Shown: piece after piece, positions 14,230 through 21,874 of the stretch | Layout of the letters: each line of letters begins with the position of its first letter | Numbering within the stretch: the first letter of the stretch is position 1 | From: a bacterium | GTDB taxonomy: Bacteria; CG03 | Direction: 5' to 3' | Length of the DNA: 32,000 bases | NCBI GenBank assembly: GCA_043825615.1 | Contig: JBDRRS010000007.1 | Span: 1-32,000 of the forward strand | Program-made: the position numbers and the translations under genes | Notes under the pieces: model-generated | Told to the model about the DNA's origin: nothing | Seen by the model: the letters and a program-made list of their open reading frames with translations, nothing else | The model's database searches: none

Positions 14230-15630
14230 TTAACCCCGCTTTCCCCGCGGCGGGGCGTCTTCGTCCGCCTGCGGCGTGGCGAGCAAACCGTCTTTTCTCA
14301 ATTTGTCCGCAACGCGGGCGAGCGCTTTTTTATCTTCTCTTAACCTCGCGGGCCCGGGAGATGCGCCAAGTTCTATTTCTTCCTTCAGACGCGTCGCAAT
14401 GCCCTCCGGAAGTTTCTCCAGAATGCCGTTTCTTACGCTTTCTTCCAGCGTCCGGAGCACGTTCGCAAACGCCACCGGCGTGAAACTCCGGCTCAGCAGA
14501 AGAATATCCCCGGAAGTCATATCCGCAAGAGACCCCGCGCGAAAAACAGCCGACCTCAACTCATCCGCAAAAAGCGAGTCGCTCTGCGCTATGAAATCGA
14601 GATAAGAATCCATTTCTTCGTCGCCCAAACCCTCCAGAATTTCTTTAACGACTTCTTTCCCGCCGACCATAAAATCCATCTTCTGCCTGAGATGCTCTTC
14701 CCATTTAAGAACCTCGTCCGGGGGCAGAGTTCTCGTCTGCGCAAGTTTTGACAATGCCTCGCGGGCCTGCGCAGGCTCCAAACCCGACAGGACTTTATTC
14801 GCCACCTGCGGAGCGTAATTGATCAAAACGGCAATGTTTTCGGGCTTTTCCTTCTTAAGAAGAAAAAGAAGTTTATCCGTATTTTCCTCGTTTACAAAAG
14901 AAAAATGCTTTTTGACGCCCTCTCTTTCTCCGCCGGCAGCGCCCATCCCTGCAGCCGGAGCGGCTGCGCTCACAGAGGAACTAAAAGCCGCCGCTGTTTC
15001 GCTTTTTTTCAAAGAACTTTCAAGCGTTTCGGATATAATCCCCGCCGCGCGGGGAAACACGCGCATTCCGAAAACAAAAAGAACCGCTATCAGAATAACG
15101 GCAAGACCTGAAAACAGCAGACCCCATAAATGCGGCGGATATATGATATCCGACCACTTGAAGGGATTTTCTCTGAAATTCATTTTCTTGATGATGAGCG
15201 CATCGCCGCGGGCGGCCTCAAGCCCGAGGACGCTCGTCGAGACCTCTCTTATTATATTAACCATGCTTTCGGGAAGGCCGTTGTCCACGATAATCTGCGC
15301 AGTGAGTTTCTTTATGTTTTTCGCCGTGTCTCCGAGGTCAAGACTCGCCAGCCCGAGGCCGAGTTTCTCCTGCAGGGGAACCCCCGGCAGGACGACCGCC
15401 TCCTCATCCTCATCTTCCGAACTGCTGCTTATCAACTGAACGTTTATAACGATTAACAGCTTGTCCGTCCCTGTTATTTCGGTCAATATCCGTCTTAACC
15501 TTTCCTCAAGATTCTTTTCTATGGCGATTTTTGTTTCTATGTCGGAACCTTGTTTTGCAAAGGCATTGCCCGGCAGCGCAGGAAGGAAAAAACAGAAGAG
15601 CGAGAAAAGAATAATGGGGACGGTTCCCAT
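14230..15630 (-). CDS. Bitopic membrane protein (466 aa): signal/TM, periplasmic domain of about 140 aa resembling a FliF/YscJ ring-building motif, TM, Ala/Ser linker, cytoplasmic FliG-like middle and C-terminal domains
   Basis: aa 1-25 MGTVPIILFSLFCFFLPALPGNAFA; aa 168-192 LWGLLFSGLAVILIAVLFVFGMRVF. aa 243-450 align by eye with FliG. LLKKEKPENIAVLINYAPQVANKVLSGLEP matches fLqnEHPQtiAliLsyLdpekAaevLseLpe. MVGGKEVVKEIL matches the Gly-Gly linker ..GGvkavaeIL. ILEKLPEGIATRLKEEIELGASPGPARLREDKKALARVADKLRKDGLL matches fLsNMSkRAaemLrEDLealGPVRlsdVeeAQqkIvei.RrLeeeGei. The periplasmic part (LEERLRRILTEITGTDKLLIVINVQL...LTAQIIVDNGLPESMVNIIREVSTSVLGLEAARGDALIIKKM) resembles FliF/YscJ RBM strings. Confidence 0.65.
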   Translation of the reverse strand: MGTVPIILFSLFCFFLPALPGNAFAKQGSDIETKIAIEKNLEERLRRILTEITGTDKLLIVINVQLISSSSEDEDEEAVVLPGVPLQEKLGLGLASLDLGDTAKNIKKLTAQIIVDNGLPESMVNIIREVSTSVLGLEAARGDALIIKKMNFRENPFKWSDIIYPPHLWGLLFSGLAVILIAVLFVFGMRVFPRAAGIISETLESSLKKSETAAAFSSSVSAAAPAAGMGAAGGEREGVKKHFSFVNEENTDKLLFLLKKEKPENIAVLINYAPQVANKVLSGLEPAQAREALSKLAQTRTLPPDEVLKWEEHLRQKMDFMVGGKEVVKEILEGLGDEEMDSYLDFIAQSDSLFADELRSAVFRAGSLADMTSGDILLLSRSFTPVAFANVLRTLEESVRNGILEKLPEGIATRLKEEIELGASPGPARLREDKKALARVADKLRKDGLLATPQADEDAPPRGKRG

Positions 15631-15635
15631 TACTT

Positions 15636-16097
15636 TTAAAACTCCTCCGCAACAACACCCGCTATCATCCTGACCGTTTCAATGTCCTGCTGGGAAAGGA
15701 CTTCCTTCGACGTGAGTTTTTTCGCGTTAATAACGCCGATTGCCCTGCCGTTTTTTATCACCGGCACGCTTAAGCCGGAAGTTATATTCTCATACTTTGC
15801 CAAATGCGCAAAACTTCTGTGCTGGGAAACTTCGCCGACGATAAGAAACGGTTTTTTTTCTGAAACGGCGCGGCCGGCGACCCTCTCGCCGACTTTGATT
15901 TTTATCCCGAGTTTCTTGTTCGCGCTCTCGGCGTCGGGTTCTGCTGCCGCCACAATTTCTATCTCATCCGACGTTTCATCCCTGAGCATAAAAGAGCATC
16001 CGTCGGCTTTTATGAAACCGGCAAGAATCTTCAGTGCGACAACAACCACTTTCCTTTTTTCCGCTCCGAGCTTTTCATCCGACACAAAAACAGGCAT
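15636..16097 (-). CDS. Stand-alone GAF-domain protein (about 153 aa); first gene of the operon
   Basis: ILAGFIKADGCSFMLRDETSDEIEIVAAAEPD...GERVAGRAVSEKKPFLIVGEVSQHRSFAHL...ITSGLSVPVIKNGRAIGVINAKK is a typical GAF pattern. The track start at 16136 is TTG. ATG 16097 (MPVFVSDEK) has GAAGGGGG upstream. Confidence 0.75.
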   Translation of the reverse strand: MPVFVSDEKLGAEKRKVVVVALKILAGFIKADGCSFMLRDETSDEIEIVAAAEPDAESANKKLGIKIKVGERVAGRAVSEKKPFLIVGEVSQHRSFAHLAKYENITSGLSVPVIKNGRAIGVINAKKLTSKEVLSQQDIETVRMIAGVVAEEF

Positions 16098-16173
16098 AAC
16101 ACCCCCTTCCCCCCGGCGATTCCGCCGGAGGAACAAGTAAGAATAATCACTTTACTCTTTCCCCGTGAAAGGC

Positions 16174-16202
16174 ATTATATAAATTATAATATGGGAAATC
16201 AA
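16174..16202 (-). promoter_or_regulatory. Sigma70-like promoter of the GAF-FliG-like-motAB operon (TTGATT-17-TATAAT)
   Basis: On the minus strand, -35 is at 16202-16197 and -10 at 16179-16174. It sits in the divergent region shared with nadE. Confidence 0.5.
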
Positions 16203-16220
16203 ATCTACTTAGGTGGTAAA

Positions 16221-17018
16221 ATGTTTTTTGATTTTGTAAAATACAAAAATATGAAATTGGAAAAACAGATTGCGAACTGGATTAAAGGACAGGTAAAAAA
16301 AGCAAAGGCAAAGGGTATTGTCGTCGGTTTGAGCGGCGGGGTGGACTCATCCCTCTGCGCGGCTCTGTGCAAAGAAGCCCTCGGTAAAAAACTTTTAGGG
16401 CTGATAATGCCCTGCCATTCGGACACCGTGGATACCGCAGACGCTCTGATGTTTTCCAAAAAATTCAACATCCGGACGAAAAAAATCGACCTGACAAAAA
16501 CTTATGACTCCCTGACCCTGCTGTATCCTTCCGGCGGCAAAACAGCGCTGGCAAACATAAAGCCGCGTCTCAGGATGATTACGCTGTACTACTTTGCCAA
16601 TTCTTTGAATTACCTGGTCTGCGGAACGGGGAATAAGAGCGAAGCAATGATGGGCTACTTCACCAAATACGGAGACGGCGGCGCCGACATTCTGCCGCTG
16701 GGCGATATTCTGAAGACGGAAGTGCGGCACCTCGCCCGTAATATGGGCATACCAAAAAAAATAATTGACAAAGCCCCTTCGGCGGGCCTCTGGAAAGGAC
16801 AAACCGACGAGGGGGAAATGAAGATTACCTACGATAACCTTGACGCTCTTTTATCAAAATTATCTCCTTATCCGGATGGCGGGAGGCTGAAAGTGCGCCG
16901 TGGCGTGGTGGCGTCCGAATTAAAAAAATGGTTGAAAACAAAAAACAAACTGGTAAAAAGAAAAATAAAACAGTCGCGGCACAAACTGTCCCCCCCCCCT
17001 GTTTTCCGGAAATCGTAA
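16221..17018 (+). CDS. nadE: NH3-dependent NAD+ synthetase
   Basis: The PP-loop VVGLSGGVDSS is present, plus KPRLRMITLYYFAN, GTGNKSEAMMGYFTKYGDGGADILPLGDILKTEVRHLA and PSAGLW..QTDE. Start moved to ATG 16221 (SD AGGTGG at 16209-16214), because a TATAAT at 16185-16190 sits directly on the track start at 16191. Confidence 0.9.
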   Translation: MFFDFVKYKNMKLEKQIANWIKGQVKKAKAKGIVVGLSGGVDSSLCAALCKEALGKKLLGLIMPCHSDTVDTADALMFSKKFNIRTKKIDLTKTYDSLTLLYPSGGKTALANIKPRLRMITLYYFANSLNYLVCGTGNKSEAMMGYFTKYGDGGADILPLGDILKTEVRHLARNMGIPKKIIDKAPSAGLWKGQTDEGEMKITYDNLDALLSKLSPYPDGGRLKVRRGVVASELKKWLKTKNKLVKRKIKQSRHKLSPPPVFRKS

Positions 17019-17049
17019 CGGGGTGGTTTTCGGATAAAAAAAACTTCTA

Positions 17050-18000
17050 TTATTTAGACGGACTTTCTCCGGGAACAAACGGCGTCGTTACCCTGTCTAT
17101 ATCCATGGGTATCAATGCTATCTCAATCCTTCTGTTTTTCGTTCTCCCCTCTACCGTGTCATTTGTATCAATGGGTTTGGTGTCGGCATATCCTGCCACC
17201 GAAATAAATATTGAGTCAATACCCACTTTGTCTATCAGATATCTGGCTATGTTCGTCGCTCTCGCTGTTGAAAGCTCCCAGTTTGTGGGGTATTTGCCCC
17301 TTAGTTTGGGTCCAATCGGCACATTATCCGTATGTCCTTCAATACGGATTTGTTTGTCTTTGATATTCTTTAAAATATTCCCGACCCTGTTGAGGACCTG
17401 TTTGCCTTCTTTCCGGACTTCAGCCTCTCCCAGCGGAAACATCAGTTTATCCACGATGTTAACCGACAACTTGTCTTTAAGCTGAGTAATTTTTATCTGT
17501 CCGTCCTGCACTTCCTTTTCCATATCCTGGACAAGATTCTCGTATGTTGACTTCAATCTGCCGACTTCGTCTTCTTTTGCTTTTGATACCGCGTCTATAC
17601 TGTCCTGCAGTTCGATATTCATGGCATTCGCAGCGGACAGCTGTTTCTTTAAATCCAATACGGTTTTTTCTTTTTCCCGTTTACTAACGGTAAGGTCCGC
17701 TATCAATTTGTCTTTTTCGCTTTTTTTGGCCTCCAGCACGGATATGAGATTACTGCTGTCTTTCTGCAAAATTGAATACTGCTCTTTGATTTCCGCCGCC
17801 TCAAGTTCGAGTTTCTGTTTCTCGTTAGAGACCGTCTGCAGGCTTTCTTCCGCCTGCTTCAACTTTGTTATAAGTTCGTCATTCCCGTTACGAAGAACTT
17901 CCGTTTCCTCTACTTTCATCCGGTACTTCCCGGTCGTAACGCATCCGACCAAAAAAACGCAAAATAAACCCATGGCTAAATTCTTAACGCTTCTTTTCAT
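17050..18000 (-). CDS. OmpA-family lipoprotein with a long coiled-coil (about 316 aa)
   Basis: Lipobox LVGC in MKRSVKNLAMGLFCVFLVGCVTTG. A heptad-like, Lys/Glu-rich region of about 170 aa follows. C-terminal IEGHTDNVPIG...NWELSTARATNIARYL...GYADTKPIDTNDTVEGRTKNRRIEI. ATG 18000 has AAGGAGAG upstream, whereas the track start at 18018 is TTG. Confidence 0.85.
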   Translation of the reverse strand: MKRSVKNLAMGLFCVFLVGCVTTGKYRMKVEETEVLRNGNDELITKLKQAEESLQTVSNEKQKLELEAAEIKEQYSILQKDSSNLISVLEAKKSEKDKLIADLTVSKREKEKTVLDLKKQLSAANAMNIELQDSIDAVSKAKEDEVGRLKSTYENLVQDMEKEVQDGQIKITQLKDKLSVNIVDKLMFPLGEAEVRKEGKQVLNRVGNILKNIKDKQIRIEGHTDNVPIGPKLRGKYPTNWELSTARATNIARYLIDKVGIDSIFISVAGYADTKPIDTNDTVEGRTKNRRIEIALIPMDIDRVTTPFVPGESPSK

Positions 18001-18286
18001 CTTCTCTCCTTTTAGCAAATTCCAATTGCCCTAAACCTATAAACACCCCTGCACTTTAAAACCGGTTCCATGTGTTTTAGCGGGTAATTGTACTAAATTT
18101 ATGACACATCCAACAAATATTTATTGCTGACATTATCAAATGCCATATACATGTCACCATCGGATAAGATATCATTAACATCAACAGCAATCTCGGTGTC
18201 CATACTACCGTCTGTGCTGACAAAACGGGCGCGTTGACAGTGTTGTTCTTTACTTTATACGATTTTTTGAGATAATATAAAGCGAT

Positions 18287-19708
18287 ATGAACACAATCCT
18301 TGCGTTTAAAAAAAGCCCCTGTCCTTTGATATTAAACTGTAAAATAATGACCGGTGATGAAGGTTATAAATGGGGCGATAAGAAATTTATTCCCGATTTA
18401 ATAGGTCTTGATAATACGGATGCAAAACCGTTTGCCGAACTTTGGATTGGCGCCCATCCAAAGGCACCCGCACGTATAAAAGTTAAAGGGACAATGATCG
18501 ATTTTGATAAAATAATCAGAGGAGCCGCTTATGAAATTCTCGGTAAGGATGTATCAGATAAATTTTCAAAAAAGCTGCCTTATTTGTTAAAAATAATAAC
18601 AGCTCAAAATTCATTATCCATTCAGGCGCATCCTGATAAAAAACATGCAGAAGCCGGATTTGAAAAGGAAAATATTTCAGGGATAGATTCGAATGCTTAT
18701 AATCGCAGTTACAAAGATACCAATCATAAACCTGAACTTATATGTGCAATTACAAAATTCTGGGTGTTAAACGGATTCATGGCTCCCATGAAAATCATTG
18801 ATTCTTTCTCTCTGATTGACATCCCCGAAATAAGAAAGGAATTCAAAATCTTTAAAGATAAAATAAAAAAGTCACAAAATAACGACACAATTCAAAAGAA
18901 AGCGTTAAAAGATTTTTACTCAATCCTGATGAAGGATGCAGGCGCTAAAGATAAAAACGGCAAAGAACGGTTAAGAATTAAGGCAATTATTTCGCACATA
19001 ACGAATTATGCCCAAAACAGAATCGGCAAAATTTTAAATATTCAGGGGAATTGCATCTTAAAAGATGCGGTTGCCCGCGCCGCGGCCGCGGGAAAAATAG
19101 ATGAATTGAAGCGTGAAATCTGGACGCTGAAAGTCAATGAGCAATATAAGGACGACTTTGGTATTTTAGCTGTTTATTTTTTGAACTTAATTCAATTACA
19201 GCCGGGCGAGGCAATGTATTTACCCGCGGGAGAATTGCACGCATATCTCGGCAAATTAAATCCCGCCTCCCCGTATGAAGGCGCAGCGGTAGAATTAATG
19301 GCAAATTCCGATAATGTCCTGCGGGGAGGTTTAACGAATAAATACATAGATGTATGCGAACTTCTGAATATACTGACCTTTACGAGTGCAGAACCAAAAA
19401 TTATTTTTCCATTACCTGCCGCATGCGCTGAAAGAATCTATAAGACACCGGCTGATGAATTTGAGTTGAGTATAATTGAACTTACCGGGAATCAGGTTTT
19501 TACAAGCGATATAAAACACAGCGCCGATATATTTATTGTAATGAAGGGTTTTGCAGAAGTAACAGACGCCAGAAATAACATGCTGGAAATTAAGAAGGGT
19601 GGAGCTTTCATGGTGCCTGCCATATCGGGAAAATATACAATCAGGTCTTTAGACGCTGATTCTGTGCTTTATAAGGCGAGTGTGCCGATTTCTCTATCGG
19701 TTTGTTAA
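18287..19708 (+). CDS. manA: Class I mannose-6-phosphate isomerase (473 aa)
   Basis: Y.WG...FAELWIGAHPKAPARI, LPYLLKIITAQNSLSIQAHPDK, YKDTNHKPELICAIT, LQPGEAMYLPAGELHAY and ELMANSDNVLRGGLT are the PMI-I signature stretches. An insert of about 90 aa lies between the conserved blocks. Confidence 0.88.
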   Translation: MNTILAFKKSPCPLILNCKIMTGDEGYKWGDKKFIPDLIGLDNTDAKPFAELWIGAHPKAPARIKVKGTMIDFDKIIRGAAYEILGKDVSDKFSKKLPYLLKIITAQNSLSIQAHPDKKHAEAGFEKENISGIDSNAYNRSYKDTNHKPELICAITKFWVLNGFMAPMKIIDSFSLIDIPEIRKEFKIFKDKIKKSQNNDTIQKKALKDFYSILMKDAGAKDKNGKERLRIKAIISHITNYAQNRIGKILNIQGNCILKDAVARAAAAGKIDELKREIWTLKVNEQYKDDFGILAVYFLNLIQLQPGEAMYLPAGELHAYLGKLNPASPYEGAAVELMANSDNVLRGGLTNKYIDVCELLNILTFTSAEPKIIFPLPAACAERIYKTPADEFELSIIELTGNQVFTSDIKHSADIFIVMKGFAEVTDARNNMLEIKKGGAFMVPAISGKYTIRSLDADSVLYKASVPISLSVC

Positions 19709-19710
19709 GA

Positions 19711-19737
19711 GGGACGCTTCGCAGTCCCGTTTATTAT
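19711..19737 (+). terminator. Candidate intrinsic terminator after manA
   Basis: GGGAC-gcttcgca-GTCCC stem followed by GTTTATTAT. The stem is short and the U tract imperfect. Confidence 0.35.
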
Positions 19738-19767
19738 AATCTGCGTTCTTCAAGCGACGGTTTTTAT

Positions 19768-20901
19768 CTAATATTTCAGGAGAGATCTATAAAGACTCAT
19801 GTGGATATTTGCTGTTTCTTCCCATGAAGTCATACGTCTGAATTGGTCAATCCTTGTAATAACGAAGTTTCTGAAAATAGGGTCTTCTAACAGTCTGAGC
19901 GCAATTTTTGCCATTCCATCCGTATTGCTCGGCAGTACCAGCAATTCCTCGCATATCGCTGTTAATTCTTCGAATTTGGGCAGTCTTGAAGCAATCACCG
20001 GTTTTTTTGCGCCAAGCGCCAGATGAAGAGCCCCCGATACTGCCCTGTTTTCTTCAAAATAAGGAAACAGCGCTATATCTGCGGCTCCCAGCAGATACTG
20101 CAAATCTTCATTCGGATAAAACATCCGGTTATACAGAACATATTTTTTTAAACCCATTCTTTTTATTTTTTCTTGGAGAGACCTTTCATATTTTATATCC
20201 GAACCACTGGCATTGGGCGCAAGACCGCCTGATATAAAAAGACGCACATCGCCTCTCTTCTTTAATATTTTTATAAGAACTTTCAGCGCTATATGTATGC
20301 ACTTGTGTTTTTTTATGAACCCGAAACAGACAAGCAGTTTTGTATTCAGCGGCAGGCCTAATTTATTTCGGGAAATGTTTTTACTCTTATTGGTAATCAA
20401 TGTACCGTGGGGAATAATATTAATTTTCGAGAGTGGCACACCGATACGATTCAGTATCAAGCTCTGTGAGGCAGAGTGCACCACGATACTATCAACGAAC
20501 TGGGATAATCTGGCGACATAAGATTCATTAATCATGCCCTTTTTTGAGAATTGCGCCGGAATCAGACAATGAAACGTGATTATCTTTCTCGTATTTTTGC
20601 CTAACCTAAACAATAATGACAATAACCGATCGTCAAATCCGTATATTTTGTATTCATGCTGAATGTGCAGTATATCTATATCGTCGGTATATTGAAGAAT
20701 CTGAGACGCATAATCCTGCTTTCGGCTCCAGCACGGAATGACTTTATATCTTTTCTTCTGACGAAAAACGGACTCGTTTTCAGAAAGTATTGTGACATCG
20801 GCTGATGAGTCAATCTTTTTTACTGCATGAGCAAGGTAATATGAATACGTTGCAATCCCGCATTCTTGCGGCACATAGGGAGAAATGTAAGCTATTTTCA
20901 T
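19768..20901 (-). CDS. GT4-family (group 1) glycosyltransferase (377 aa)
   Basis: N-terminal MKIAYISPYVPQECGIATYSYYL. C-terminal GT-B motifs: ADIALFPYFEENRAVSGALHLALGAKKPVIASRLPKFEEL. Confidence 0.8.
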   Translation of the reverse strand: MKIAYISPYVPQECGIATYSYYLAHAVKKIDSSADVTILSENESVFRQKKRYKVIPCWSRKQDYASQILQYTDDIDILHIQHEYKIYGFDDRLLSLLFRLGKNTRKIITFHCLIPAQFSKKGMINESYVARLSQFVDSIVVHSASQSLILNRIGVPLSKINIIPHGTLITNKSKNISRNKLGLPLNTKLLVCFGFIKKHKCIHIALKVLIKILKKRGDVRLFISGGLAPNASGSDIKYERSLQEKIKRMGLKKYVLYNRMFYPNEDLQYLLGAADIALFPYFEENRAVSGALHLALGAKKPVIASRLPKFEELTAICEELLVLPSNTDGMAKIALRLLEDPIFRNFVITRIDQFRRMTSWEETANIHMSLYRSLLKY

Positions 20902-20923
20902 CCGCCGCAGTGAGAACCTGTTC

Positions 20924-21850
20924 TTAAAATAATTTTAGAACATCCTTCATATCCGCATAAGCAACGCCTATCACTGTATCCGCCGCTCCGTAGTAAACAA
21001 GCAATTGGCCGTCTTTTTCGACACAGCCGCAGGTAAAAGTTACATTGGAAACATCCCCTATTTTTTCATATTCTTCACCGGGTTCAAGCACCGGTTCCGG
21101 GTGGCGGTATACGACTTTAGTCGGATCTTCAAGATCCAGGAAAGCAATACCTAACCGGTAGCACATCTTATTATCAACCGCATGATATACGATAAGCCAG
21201 CCCTTTTCTGTTTTTATGGGCGTGGCCCCGCCGCCGATCTTCCATTTTTCCCATCCGTGGCCCTGAGGATACATGACGACTGTATTATCTCTGAATTCTT
21301 TTAAATCTTCCGAAAAACCTATCCATATGTGCTGCGGGATCCTGTGCATCAGGACATATTTTCCCTTGATTTTTTCAGGGAACATCGCCGCATCTTTATT
21401 GTCCGTAAATGGAAAAGGATATATCCTTTCGCTCCAATTCCATCTCTTATTCAGAAAATCATCTACCGAAATAGTGGAAATCGCTATCTGGACCCATTTA
21501 AGCTGCTTCTCCATTCCGGGAACCATACCGTATGCCGAATAAGTCATATAAAGCCGGTCGCCGATTTGCGCAATTCTGGGATCTTCCACGCCGAAACAGT
21601 CCACATCAGAATCCATGGATACGCCAAAAATCGGCTTATCCAACCGCTCATCAATAACAAACCCGTCTTTTGAAGAAGCGTATCCGCATCTTGAAATACC
21701 GCCCTTGCAGCCTCTGGCCCTGTAAACAAGGTGCACTGTACCGTTAATATTAACTGCCGCCGTATTGAAAACGACAAGCGCCTCCCAATCATGTTCAATT
21801 ATCGGTTTCAATATCGGGTTCTTTTTGTACCTTTTTAATGTAAATGTCAT
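20924..21850 (-). CDS. GH130-family beta-mannoside phosphorylase/hydrolase-like protein (308 aa)
   Basis: YKKNPILKP....WEALVVFNTAAVNINGTVHLVYRA, GYASSKDGF, FGVEDPRIAQIGDRLYMTYSAY, DNKDAAMFPEKIKGKYVLMHR, GGGATPIKTEKGWLIVYHAV and VYYGAADTVIGVA match the family I know as GH130 (formerly DUF377). Confidence 0.8.
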   Translation of the reverse strand: MTFTLKRYKKNPILKPIIEHDWEALVVFNTAAVNINGTVHLVYRARGCKGGISRCGYASSKDGFVIDERLDKPIFGVSMDSDVDCFGVEDPRIAQIGDRLYMTYSAYGMVPGMEKQLKWVQIAISTISVDDFLNKRWNWSERIYPFPFTDNKDAAMFPEKIKGKYVLMHRIPQHIWIGFSEDLKEFRDNTVVMYPQGHGWEKWKIGGGATPIKTEKGWLIVYHAVDNKMCYRLGIAFLDLEDPTKVVYRHPEPVLEPGEEYEKIGDVSNVTFTCGCVEKDGQLLVYYGAADTVIGVAYADMKDVLKLF

Positions 21851-21874
21851 AATAACTCCTTTCTGACGATCAAC

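Noticed and set aside
14121-16140. Plus-strand ORFs 14121-14483, 14276-14605, 14819-15439, 14905-15111, 15130-15456, 15461-15673 and 15682-16140
   Set aside because: They are antisense shadows of the FliG-like and GAF genes. Their Ser/Pro/Arg-rich translations are typical of the reverse strand of GC-richer genes.
16205-17485. Minus-strand ORFs 16205-16471 and 16395-16802, and plus-strand ORF 16928-17485
   Set aside because: They are antisense to nadE and to the OmpA-family lipoprotein gene respectively. Both of those carry unmistakable family motifs.
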